DNA of 63,748 bases, filler included, from Licmophora abbreviata (Eukaryota): assembly GCA_900291995.1 (NCBI GenBank). It is 18 parts of 18 records of this genome, joined end to end, with 100 filler letters (N's around TTAATTAATTAA, not from the genome) between each part and the next. Parts side by side here need not be neighbours in the genome. Positions count along the whole stretch, not along the records: positions 1 to 1,882 come from OLMU01001882.1; positions 1,983 to 3,193 come from OLMU01001883.1; positions 3,294 to 7,753 come from OLMU01001884.1; positions 7,854 to 9,711 come from OLMU01001885.1; 14 more parts are not named here. One strand, written 5' to 3'. A model generated the notes under the pieces. It was not told the DNA's origin and searched no databases. It saw nothing but the letters and a program-made list of their open reading frames with translations. Within the stretch, counting starts at the first letter, position 1. The number at the start of each line of letters is the position of its first letter. The position numbers were made by a program, and so were the translations under genes. Positions 1-9,526 of this stretch are shown here, piece after piece.

Positions 1-28
1 GCGTGGAATGCGAGGCTGCGTCAGTCAC
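1..28 (-). CDS. probable start of a gene running off the left edge (MTDAASHST...), possibly a LytTR-family regulator
   Basis: GTG at 28-26 preceded by GAAAGGA on the minus strand; divergent from a DUF2306 gene, a common LytTR neighbour. Only 9 codons visible. Confidence 0.3.
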
Positions 29-129
29 GTATGTCCTTTCGTGTGTCACGCATCCGCCGTTGAGCGCCGTTGCGGCGCGACCCAATGGTTAGGACATCCC
101 GTTGCAACTGCCAAGACCGGAGACGCCAG

Positions 130-630
130 ATGACCCTTGCCGCATTCACGCAAGCCTCGCTTGTCATACAGATCCACACCATCGCGGCACTGGTCGCGCT
201 GATCATCGGGCCTGTGGCGCTGTATCGCGCACGGCGCGACAGGTGGCACAAGCGGGTGGGCTATGTCTGGGTGGGGGCGATGGCTTTGGTGGCCGCGTCG
301 GGGTTTTTCATCTGGACGATTGGCCTGATCGGGCCGTTCAGTCCGATTCATCTGTTGTCGGTGCTGACGCTGTGGACGCTTTGGGTTGGAACACGGGCCG
401 CGATCCGCAGGGATATCGCCGCCCATCAGACGGCATTCCGGAGCCTTTACTGGTACGGGGTGATCCTTGCGGGGCTGTTCACCTTCCTGCCGGGCCGAAC
501 GCTGAACGACGTGTTTTTCGCCGCGGACCCGTCCTTTGGGTGGGGAGTGATCGCTGTGGGCGTGACGGTCGTTCTGGGGCGTGCGCTGCGCGAGAGGGGG
601 CTGCGCGGCAAGCTGAGGGGAGGGGGCTAA
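130..630 (+). CDS. DUF2306-family membrane protein
   Basis: IQIH...HKRVGYVWV...GPFSPIHLLS...AH...FTFLPGR motifs; several TM helices; ATG at 130. Confidence 0.8.
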   Translation: MTLAAFTQASLVIQIHTIAALVALIIGPVALYRARRDRWHKRVGYVWVGAMALVAASGFFIWTIGLIGPFSPIHLLSVLTLWTLWVGTRAAIRRDIAAHQTAFRSLYWYGVILAGLFTFLPGRTLNDVFFAADPSFGWGVIAVGVTVVLGRALRERGLRGKLRGGG

Positions 631-696
631 ATTTGTACTTGTGATGGGCTGGGCCTTGGGCTAGAGAGCGCGCACCTACCAGATCACGGATCATGT

Positions 697-783
697 GCGG
701 TCGTGGCGGAATTGGTAGACGCGCAGCGTTGAGGTCGCTGTGGGGTAACACCCGTGGAAGTTCGAGTCTTCTCGACCGCACCA
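697..783 (+). tRNA. tRNA-Leu (anticodon GAG)
   Basis: GCGGTCG acceptor stem, D-loop GGAATTGGTAGAC, anticodon arm CAGCG-TTGAGGT-CGCTG, long variable arm, GTTCGAGT T-loop, encoded CCA. Confidence 0.97.
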
Positions 784-1514
784 TTTTCTCTTGGCAAGCA
801 TTTATTATCAATGGGTTATCCTCTGGAGGCCCATGTATACCCCCCCCTCCGTCCACCCTCTGTGCTGGCCTGCGCAGCACATTAGCCGAGTGGTTCACCG
901 ATATTCATGTTGTCGGCGACCCGCAGCAGATAAAGCGTTCCGCCTTTAACCTGAGGCATCAGCGACAGGCGGAACGCGTTCAACGATTGAACGGAGCACT
1001 GCATTTCGCGAAAATCTGTGAGTCAGGTTTTTCGCGAAACGCTTTAGGTCGGCACCCTGTTGTGGGACGCGTCGCTTTTGTGCAGCGTCATGGCAACGGC
1101 GATGGTCCTGTGACCGACTTTCTATCGGGCGCCGTTGTGCCGGACTTGACGATGCTGCAATCGCACGTGGAACCCGCGATATGCCGATTTGGGGTAGTCG
1201 CCTGCGTGCAAGAGCATCCAGCGATCCGGATTTCTCGCAATCAGATGTTGAGGGGTTTGCGCAGGTGCGGATCCTTGCGCTGATCGCGTATATTTCAGGT
1301 CTGCAGGACCCGTGACAACTATATCTTCCAGCTGTTCCGAATGGTTGGGTTATCGACCGTTTGTTGTGCAAGCTTCATACTCGGAACGACCTCGCAGGCA
1401 TGTCAAGAGATGCGGTCAAAATTTTGGTATCCCCGGCACACCCTCACCAGCCGGGGTGGTTCCCCTTTGCGACTACCGTTTGAATTCCCCTGCAGGCCGC
1501 TTCGATAGAGGCAC

Positions 1515-3468
1515 TCAACCGATCTCATTGGCGGCCAGACGGGAAATTGCGTCACCACTGATTTCTTTACGGCCTGAAGCCCATGTGGCGCGTGCTTTCA
1601 TAGCTACGCGTTCGAGAACCTCTTTTGGTGGACGTTTGGTGGCCGCAGGCCGCATTCCGTCTTCGTGGAAGAGATAGAGACGAGAAGCAAATGTTTCGAA
1701 AGGAAGTGACGCCTCTCCGAAACGCTCTCCGCAGCCGTGGGTTGAAACCAGAGCGCCGTCACCCCAGTCCTGACCCGAGTCATTGTTGGGATTGTAGAAA
1801 TAGACCCGCATCCTGCCGTCGCGATCAGGGGCAACGCGCAGGATCGTGATGGCATGCCAGCCAACGAAGCGACCGGCCGCATNNNNNNNNNNNNNNNNNN
1901 NNNNNNNNNNNNNNNNNNNNNNNNNNTTAATTAATTAANNNNNNNNNNNNNNNNNNNNNNNNNNNNNNNNNNNNNNNNNNNNCGGATCGTCGTTCCGGTC
2001 GGCGCAGAGCCGCCCCATCTCTGCATAAATTCGATCAAGATGCGGGACCATCACTACCGAAACGGGATCGGCGTCCAGAGGTGCGCCCAGGGCAAGCCCT
2101 GCAGGCAGATCGCCGGCATTGATCGCGCGTCCCTCGAAATGCATCATCACGGAGTCGATTCTTGCTGCCTGCGCAACAAGATGCAGCAGGTAGTCGGGAT
2201 CGTTTTGCGCCCACATGGCAATGGCGCGGGCAGATTGACAGGTCGGGTTAGCCCCTTGCCCCACGCCCAAAGGCTGGCCCAGCACCTGAATGCAGCCGGC
2301 TAGCAACAGGTCGGCGGGGGGCGCTGCGTGTAGTCCGGCCATGGACAGGCGCTCGGCGACAGGTTTGCATGGTTCCAGTTCCAGTTGCCGGCGAAAAGCC
2401 GGAGCGATCGGCGCATGATGAAGGATGCCACGATCGAGCATCAGCGACATGCCGTAGACTGCCTGTGCGGTGGCAGGCTGAACGGCCCTGCGGATCAGCT
2501 CGATGACAAGGCCGCGATGTTGCTGGAGACAGTCGCGACCCGTGGTGCCAAGGCCGAGCGTATCCGCGATCATGCCATCATGCTCGGTATCCAGCACCCA
2601 GCTCAGAAAGGCGGCATGATAATCCGAGACAAGACCAGTATCATGCATTGCCCGTGCAAGGCCTTGCGCCTCGTGACGCAGGTCCGTCTCGTCCATCACG
2701 GCAAGCCGCTCTAGGTAGATGCCCAAGCCCGGGTCGCCCATGCAAGCGGACGTCGGACCAAACAGCGCAGAAACAAGTCTGTCTGCACCAAGGCGCCGGT
2801 CACCGATCTCGCTACCGCGCTCGGACAATGTGATTGCGATCTGCGCGATCATATCTTTGGCATGAGCCACCTGGATGGGGCGTTGACGCAGGATACGCCA
2901 GATTTCATCGACCAATTCCCCCAACACATCCTGAAAGCCCACATGCTCAGCCAAATATTGGAAAAGCGCGTTGGTTGTCGCCTGTAGCGATCCTGCCGCG
3001 CGGTCCGCCTCAGCCGTCGTGCCGAAGAAACGCCGCATATTGAGCGCCAGCACTTGGGTCAGAAACCGTTGGGCGGCGGCGGCATGAATGTGGGGGTGCT
3101 CGAACTCGCCCTTCGCCACGGCGAGCAAGCGAAGCAGGCTTACGGCCTCGATGGCGACCGAGGACGGCGCTCCTTGCTCAAGTGTGCCGGCAANNNNNNN
3201 NNNNNNNNNNNNNNNNNNNNNNNNNNNNNNNNNNNNNTTAATTAATTAANNNNNNNNNNNNNNNNNNNNNNNNNNNNNNNNNNNNNNNNNNNNATTCGTG
3301 CAGAGTAGCAATCCCACCCGGGACAGCCATCAGGCGCCACACCACGTCGAGAACTTGAGCCTGAAACCGGGGCTTGGCAAAAGGCCGGGCCTGTTCAAGC
3401 CGTGCTAGCGGCCCATTGAGCGTGGCGACGAGGCGCGCGGCCTCGTCTCCATAAGTTTCTTCGCTCAT
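1515..3468 (-). CDS. large hypothetical protein with a C-terminal papain-like cysteine peptidase signature (split by gaps 1883-1982 and 3194-3293)
   Basis: Three consecutive minus-strand fragments; GQGANPTCQ (Cys codon 2238-2240), GWHAITILRV (His 1854-1856), YFYNPNNDSGQDWG (Asn 1791-1793). Confidence 0.7.
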
Positions 3469-3489
3469 GCGTGATACCCGCCAATCTGG

Positions 3490-4716
3490 TTATACATAGA
3501 AATCAAGTTCTTCCTGTTCCTTGAGCAGATCTCGCAGATGGTGCGGATCCGGCCCGAAGAAATACACTAGTCCCCAATGGGTACCGAAAGCGCTGCGTTT
3601 TGTCACTTTCTGCTCCATCGGTTCAGCCAATTCATGGAATTCGAAATACGGATTCTGTGCCGTCTCCGCCGGGATCTCCATCCGTTCGACGACTCGCCGA
3701 CGCGGATAGGCTCCGAAACATCCCGAGTGGCCCTTGGCATCTTTGACTGGCGTCGGAAAGAAAGCATCAAGCTCCTCGCGCGTGGTTTTGGGATCAAATG
3801 CCAGCACGATTCCTTGATAGCCGTTGAACCCATATGCTCGCTCGATCAATTCCAGCGCGTTGAAACCGGGCGGCCGATAGGCGACCTCGCCGAAATACAT
3901 TGTTCCGTCACTGGTCACGAAATATTCGGGGTGGATGAAACCGAAGTCGATATCAAACGCCTTGATCAGTTTGTTGATTTCTTCTTCGATCTTTGGCCGC
4001 CAGGATTCGAGCTCAGGGGTTGCTGGCACGAAGACCGAATAACCGAGCGTCACATACTCGGAAATGTTGAGAAACTGGATTTCACCGTCCTTGATCCAGG
4101 CCTCGACCGCAAACTCCCAGCCGTCCAGATGGCTTTCGAGCAGGGCTGGAAACTCGTCCTGCGAAATTGAATCGACATCTTCGACTGTGCGGATCGTACG
4201 GTGACCAAGGCATCCCGCCTTGTCGAAGGCCTTGAAATGAATTGGGTCGTCCGGATCGCCCTCGAGCTTGAGTAGTGTCTGGTTCACCCGCTTGAGAAAG
4301 CGCACCACATCCGCATGACTGTCGGCTTCCTCGAAAATACCCACGCGAATGCCCGCGAGCTGAGCACGGCGTTTCATCAAGGACTTGTCGCGAAACAGCA
4401 TGGATTGTCCGAGTAGGCGCGGATTGTCGAGCAGCACGGAGTTAATCGCGCCGGCCCATTCAACGGTCTCTTCGTAGAGAGGGATTGCCACGTCGCAGCC
4501 CTCGTCTTTGAGGATCTGCGCGATCTCATGGGATCGTTCGTTCAGCCGATCAAAATTCCAAGCGATAAAGGGAATGTCGTTGGCCTTGGCATACTCTTCG
4601 GCCCATGATGGCGCGACAATTACGTAACGGCGATCAAACCGGTCAATGGCGTCAATGGCGTTCAGCGACCAGCCGAGGATCGCTACATAGCCTTTGTCCA
4701 AATTTTTTTCAGTCAT
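3490..4716 (-). CDS. ATP-grasp carboxylate-amine ligase (L-amino-acid-ligase-like)
   Basis: FRDKSLMK, HFKAFDKAGCLG, LLESHLDGWEFAVE, HPEYF...FGEVAYRPPG ATP-grasp motifs; ATG at 4716 with upstream AAGG. Confidence 0.85.
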   Translation of the reverse strand: MTEKNLDKGYVAILGWSLNAIDAIDRFDRRYVIVAPSWAEEYAKANDIPFIAWNFDRLNERSHEIAQILKDEGCDVAIPLYEETVEWAGAINSVLLDNPRLLGQSMLFRDKSLMKRRAQLAGIRVGIFEEADSHADVVRFLKRVNQTLLKLEGDPDDPIHFKAFDKAGCLGHRTIRTVEDVDSISQDEFPALLESHLDGWEFAVEAWIKDGEIQFLNISEYVTLGYSVFVPATPELESWRPKIEEEINKLIKAFDIDFGFIHPEYFVTSDGTMYFGEVAYRPPGFNALELIERAYGFNGYQGIVLAFDPKTTREELDAFFPTPVKDAKGHSGCFGAYPRRRVVERMEIPAETAQNPYFEFHELAEPMEQKVTKRSAFGTHWGLVYFFGPDPHHLRDLLKEQEELDFYV

Positions 4717-5565
4717 GTTTGGCCTTTCGTCGGGTGTCGGGAAGGCGAGGGGCGCGCCAGCGCGCTTCTGTCTCTGCCGCCAAGCGATACTGGGGCGCAG
4801 TCTGCCCAGAGGTTGGGTGTGTTGGACGCATAAGAGCCGCGCCACTGTCCGAATATAATTAGTATAACTAAGTTAATTTGCAAGGCTTGCGGTTGTGACG
4901 GAGCCTGTTTGCTGTTTTTTGGTCTTTTGGAATAAGGATATTATCCCGGTAACGTGGTTGTTTGTAATTTCTTGAAGCTGTCAAAGGTCAAAAGATGGCG
5001 GATATTATTTAAATTAAGCTAAATATAAAATCAATCGTTTCGATGTCATCGAAGATTGGCTGTGCGCTGCCCATTGGGCAAGGTGAACCGCCAGTTACAT
5101 GCGCCTGCGCCAAACGTGTCGTGGGTCAGAGACTTTACTTATGTCGCGACATGGCAGGGGGTCGTCGGGGCCGTTTCCATAGACCTGAGCGTCGGCGTCA
5201 CTCTCTCTGGCCCCTTTTTGGCAAATCCGTAGGCGCCGGGAATGATTCGTCGCTTGGCAAACCGGCCCTTGAAGAAAGAAATTGTAGCGCGTTCAAGTAT
5301 AGTTCCGAAAAATTTGGGAGTTTGTTTCCCCGAAATGCACTCTAAGAGTGCGGGTAGGGATAAATAATCCCGTAAAAGGGCGTGACAGTCCTGCGTTTAC
5401 GCTTTGAATGGCGCTGATCCTTTAGTATCGGGCGAAAATGTGTCATAAAAAGGTCAATTGCGTGAGCGCCAATAAAAGCGCCAACAAGACTGATTTTATG
5501 AGCCAGGTTTCGAGCAGATTTTTTGGTTCATCTGAACCGAGCGAAGACAAAAAGGGATTTGAAAG

Positions 5566-6198
5566 ATGATTAGGAAGACATTTCTTGCAGCCATCATGTT
5601 TGCTTTGCCGGGATTGGCATCCGCAGCCACAGTCACCGAGATCAATGATTACGCGACTGCCCTCGGTCAGGTCGATCCGTCGGACTCGCTTGTCTTGCCG
5701 GGCACCTGGACTGCGGCGCCACTGACCATTAGCCCTGATGCAAGCGTGAGCGGGCAGTATCGTTCCCCCTATGAAACCGCCAGCACTGCTGTCCCGGGTA
5801 TCGAGGCAGCAGCGGGCTACTTCAGCGTTGGAGTAGGCTCAACCTACAGCACCAGCAGCAACCCAGCCATTTTGGCGCTCAACAGCCTCTCGAAATCTGT
5901 CAGTCTTTTGTGGGGCTCGCCAGACTCCTACAACACGCTGGACTTGTTGAAGGGTGGCTCTGTGGTCGCCACGATCTTGGGTGGCCAGTTCAACGTGACT
6001 GGTCTCGAGGCATCTTTCGTGACCATCACCGCCGATAACGCGGGTGAGTATTTCGATGGTATCCGGTTCACGTCGACGCAAAATGCCTTCGAGTTCTCCA
6101 ACGTGACCGTTGCGGCTGTGCCACTTCCTGCGGGTGGGCTTCTCCTGCTTGGCGGTCTCGGGGCGCTTGCCGGGCTTCGCCGCAAGACCAAGAAGTAA
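5566..6198 (+). CDS. VPLPA-CTERM sorting-domain surface protein
   Basis: Signal peptide (...LASAAT); C-terminus AVPLPAGGLLLLGGLGALAGLRRKTKK. Confidence 0.9.
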   Translation: MIRKTFLAAIMFALPGLASAATVTEINDYATALGQVDPSDSLVLPGTWTAAPLTISPDASVSGQYRSPYETASTAVPGIEAAAGYFSVGVGSTYSTSSNPAILALNSLSKSVSLLWGSPDSYNTLDLLKGGSVVATILGGQFNVTGLEASFVTITADNAGEYFDGIRFTSTQNAFEFSNVTVAAVPLPAGGLLLLGGLGALAGLRRKTKK

Positions 6199-6223
6199 CG
6201 CCAGCTTTGTAAACTATGGAAAT

Positions 6224-6252
6224 GGCCTCGGGAAACCGGGGCCTTTTCTTTT
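6224..6252 (+). terminator. Rho-independent terminator
   Basis: GGCCTCGG-GAAA-CCGGGGCC followed by TTTTCTTTT. Confidence 0.8.
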
Positions 6253-6380
6253 CGACCGTCACGCTCTTTGGTGAAGCTCCGCACCAAAACTCGAGCAACC
6301 CCTCGGGGCACTTTCGGTCAGGGGCAACCCGTGCGGCGCATCGGTTCAAGGATCGGGAGGCGTTGGCTGGGGTGGTAGGA

Positions 6381-6564
6381 GACCTTCGAAGCCGAAGATA
6401 ACCATCCGAAACCCCCGACGACGCTCCCGAGTGGGGCATTAAGCGGGGGCAAAAACAGAACGGAAGGGTCCCGCGGGTGACACGGCCGGGGAGAGCCGAG
6501 GCGGGTGTCTCACCCGATCCGAACGCTTTAAAGCAGAACGGTTGGGCGGAGGTGGCAGGCGGTT
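6381..6564 (-). repeat. copy 1 of a ~185-bp non-coding repeat (inverted relative to 9527-9711)
   Basis: Its reverse complement matches 9527-9711 except at three small patches. Confidence 0.95.
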
Positions 6565-6653
6565 CCGCTGGGTGGGTCGAGGGCGTGAGAATGATAACGG
6601 GGACAGCCTTGATCAGGCCATCCCCGCTTCTTCCAAATCTCGAGACTGTGTTG

Positions 6654-7337
6654 TTAAGCCTGCGCGGCCCCCTTTTGACGGCGCCGCAGCCACGCCAGTC
6701 CGCCGATACCGGTCAGGAGCAGCGGAAGCCCTGCGGGCAGGGGGATTGGGGCGGTTGTGTCAGTATCGGTGTTGAAGTTGTCAAAGGCGATGCCGATCAG
6801 CCTTGATCCACCCGAGGTCGTGCCTGTGATTTCAATTGATGAGATCAATCCAGACAAACCACTGAATCCGATCCGAGTAACCTGCCGATTGCCGGCGAGC
6901 GGATCATTGCCGTCGAAAAAGATGGACGCAAGTAAGTTGCTGCCCGCGTCAAATGCCTTGAATGTGAACTCTTCCAAATCGTTCCCGGACCCATCAATGT
7001 CCGCGACATCAAAAGAAGCTTCGGACACGGCAGTGACGTAATTGATACTCAGGCTCGTTGTAGTGCCAAAATCGGACGTCAGGAAATAATCGCCGAATGC
7101 ATCGCTGGGGTCCGGCGTGTCGTTAGGTACAAAACCATCCGCATTCCCGCCGACCTTGACAACATTGAGACCGTTTGCGCTGCTGAAAGTAATGCCCTCT
7201 GTCGGAAACGAGGCATTGTTCCCGAGCGATGTGACGTTTCCCGAGTAGCCGGTCTCGAAGTCAATGAAAGCTGCGTTGGCAGCACCGGCTGTAATGAACA
7301 CAGCTGTAGCTGCAATTGCTGACTTAAGTGTAAACAT
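6654..7337 (-). CDS. VPLPA-CTERM sorting-domain surface protein
   Basis: GGAGG RBS; signal peptide (...AANAAFIDFE); C-terminus APIPLPAGLPLLLTGIGGLAWLRRRQK. Confidence 0.9.
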   Translation of the reverse strand: MFTLKSAIAATAVFITAGAANAAFIDFETGYSGNVTSLGNNASFPTEGITFSSANGLNVVKVGGNADGFVPNDTPDPSDAFGDYFLTSDFGTTTSLSINYVTAVSEASFDVADIDGSGNDLEEFTFKAFDAGSNLLASIFFDGNDPLAGNRQVTRIGFSGLSGLISSIEITGTTSGGSRLIGIAFDNFNTDTDTTAPIPLPAGLPLLLTGIGGLAWLRRRQKGAAQA

Positions 7338-7557
7338 AAATAATAGCCTCCGAATTCAATATGGTCGGACGCTACCACAATTATCCGCGTTTGTTAAACG
7401 CTCGCTGAAAAAAGTTTGTTCCTGTTCGGGCAACAATGTGTCCAAAATATGGTCGCTGCTTTCTTCACCGGAGCATTTGCGCAAAACGATCACTCCGTTC
7501 ACCCGAAAACCGAGGAAACCTCCGCATCTATAACGATAGCAATCAAGGAGGTTTCTC

Positions 7558-7683
7558 ATGCTCATCAAAGTCTTGGCGTGGCTGTTCGCGCCCCCGAAGA
7601 AGACCCGCCGGAGTTCCGGCCTGACCGACCAGCTTCGGGGCTGGTTCGTGCTGGCTCTGCTGCTCCTGATCGGGGCGGCCTGA
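7558..7683 (+). CDS. 41-aa hydrophobic peptide (MLIKVLAWLFAPPKKTRRSSGLTDQLRGWFVLALLLLIGAA), below the ORF-track cutoff
   Basis: AAGGAGG RBS at 7545-7551, ATG 7558, TGA 7681-7683. Confidence 0.55.
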   Translation: MLIKVLAWLFAPPKKTRRSSGLTDQLRGWFVLALLLLIGAA

Positions 7684-7686
7684 CCC

Positions 7687-7753
7687 GTGCCCCGTCTCGA
7701 ACCCGACGCGGTGGTCGTCATCCGAGCCTTCGATGACGTCCCCGAACACCTGT
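7687..7753 (+). CDS. start of a small hypothetical protein (MPRLEPDAVVVIRAFDDVPEHL...), truncated by gap
   Basis: GTG 3 nt after the previous stop; open until the gap. Confidence 0.45.
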
Positions 7754-7853
7754 NNNNNNNNNNNNNNNNNNNNNNNNNNNNNNNNNNNNNNNNNNNNTTA
7801 ATTAATTAANNNNNNNNNNNNNNNNNNNNNNNNNNNNNNNNNNNNNNNNNNNN

Positions 7854-8718
7854 GGTCGGGCTGTTCTCGTCCAAGTACCGGGACCGGCGGGTGACGTCGC
7901 TCACGCGGGACGACGGACGCGAGTTCCTGGGTCTGATCGCGCGGCTGTCTCCGCTGATCGGGAAAGTCCCGGACACCCGGCGGATGGGGCTCGACCAACT
8001 CGTCCGCTGGTCCGATCGCGGCACCCGTCGCATCTCGGCGCGGACCCGCAAGCGCATCTGGTCGCAGGTAAACCACTTCCTGGATTGGGCGGTTTACGAG
8101 GGCCACCTTTACGCGAACCCGTTCCGGACCGTCCGCTTCGAGGGGAAGATCAAGCCCGCGCCCTACGCCGTGCCGACCGACGACGAGGTGCGCCAGCTGT
8201 TGGCGTCCCGGGACCCAATGCTCCACGACCCGCTCAAGGTCTGCCTGCTGACGGGGATGCGGTCCGGCGAGGCGCTCGGGTTGCTGCGGGAGGACCTGGT
8301 TCGTAAAGGCAATCTGGGCTGGTTCGTCTGGGTCCGCCCGAACGTCCTGCGGGAGCTCAAGACCGACGCCGCCGAACGGTTGGTGCCGCTTCACCCGGAC
8401 CTGGAGGCGCTCCTGGGTGACCTTCCGTCGGAGGGGCCGCTGTTTCCGGAGCTGTCGGTGAACGTCGTGACCAAGCGGTTCGCGGACCTGCGCAAGAAGC
8501 TGGGGCTGGAGCGTCCCGGTCTGGTGTTCCACTCGACCCGCAAGTGGTTCATCACCCAGTGCGAGCGCACCGGCGTTCCGGAGCACTTCACCGCGTCTCT
8601 GGTCGGGCACAAGTCCGCGCGGTCGGAGAACGGGATCACCTACGGCATCTACTCGGCGGGCATCTCCGACGAGCAGAAGCGCGGGATCGTCGACCAGATC
8701 CGGCTTCCGTCATGCTGA
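7854..8718 (+). CDS. tyrosine recombinase/integrase (5' end lost in gap)
   Basis: Catalytic set TGMRSGE (R), LKT (K), HSTRK (H-x-x-R), LVGH, TYGIY (Y). Confidence 0.92.
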
Positions 8719-8885
8719 TACCGGACATCGAGGCGTTCGAGGAGCGGGCCGCCATCGCCGAGTACGACGGCGGTCTGTCCCGGACGGCGGCGGAGGACCT
8801 CGCGGCGCGTCGGCAGGGCTTCACGGATCGGGAGCACTACTGGCGGTGGTTGGCGGAGTACGTGGTGGCGCGTAAGCTGCCCTGA
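8712..8885 (+). CDS. 57-aa helical hypothetical protein (EAFEERAAIAEYDGGLSR motif)
   Basis: ATG 8712 overlaps the integrase end; motif recognisable from mobile-element small proteins. Confidence 0.7.
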   Translation: MLIPDIEAFEERAAIAEYDGGLSRTAAEDLAARRQGFTDREHYWRWLAEYVVARKLP

Positions 8886-8892
8886 GAGAACG

Positions 8893-8929
8893 GCCCCGGC
8901 TGGCGATGGTTGGCCGGGGTTTCCTTTTG
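8893..8929 (+). terminator. probable terminator of the integrase operon
   Basis: GCCCCGGCTGGC-GATG-GTTGGCCGGGGT (with GU pairs) followed by TTCCTTTT. Confidence 0.55.
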
Positions 8930-9188
8930 AAAGGAGGTCGGAGATGGCGAAGACATTTGGAGTGTTCAGGAGCGTGGTGTTACTCTGCGGGCTCAGTAAA
9001 GTGCTGGTGTCCGAGAGATTAATATCGCGTGTCAACTTCTCATTCAAAAATATGGGGATCACCCAGCTGAGATATCGCGCTTCCTCTATCTAGCCGAAAT
9101 TTTCTTGACGTATGACCGAAATTTAAGTCTTTTTAACGCTATTAGACGTTCTGAATACGATTTTTGAATACTATTTTGGGAGTATGAA

Positions 9189-9467
9189 ATGCTTTCTAAA
9201 ACACTTTCCACTTTCGCCATAGTGTGTCTAATGTCGGGATGTGCTCCAATGATTTCGGGTACAATGAATGCGAGTACGACCCCAGAACTTGTACGAGCGG
9301 AGACTGCTAAACACTTCGGTGTCTCGACAAGCCGCGTTCGGATCAGCAATTACAACAAAGGCATGTTGGCGACACAGTACCAAGCTCGCGTCAGAGGTGT
9401 GCTGTATAATTGCCAATATTACTATGGCAACGTGGTTTGCAAACGCCCAGGGGAGGGGCAACTTTGA
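9189..9467 (+). CDS. small lipoprotein
   Basis: GGGAG RBS; lipobox LMSG-C; markedly low GC. Confidence 0.75.
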   Translation: MLSKTLSTFAIVCLMSGCAPMISGTMNASTTPELVRAETAKHFGVSTSRVRISNYNKGMLATQYQARVRGVLYNCQYYYGNVVCKRPGEGQL

Positions 9468-9526
9468 CGTTTCTGGGGTCTTATAGCCGTTTGGTTTCGA
9501 AGCGTTCATCCTGACATCAAGCGTTT

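Noticed and set aside
693..1283. 196-aa ORF overlapping the tRNA
   Set aside because: Reads through tRNA-Leu, has no recognisable motifs and appears antisense to a decayed frame
4850..5560. Sigma54 or CtrA sites upstream of the VPLPA-CTERM gene
   Set aside because: AT-rich, but I found no convincing TGGCAC-N5-TTGC or TTAA-N7-TTAA match by eye
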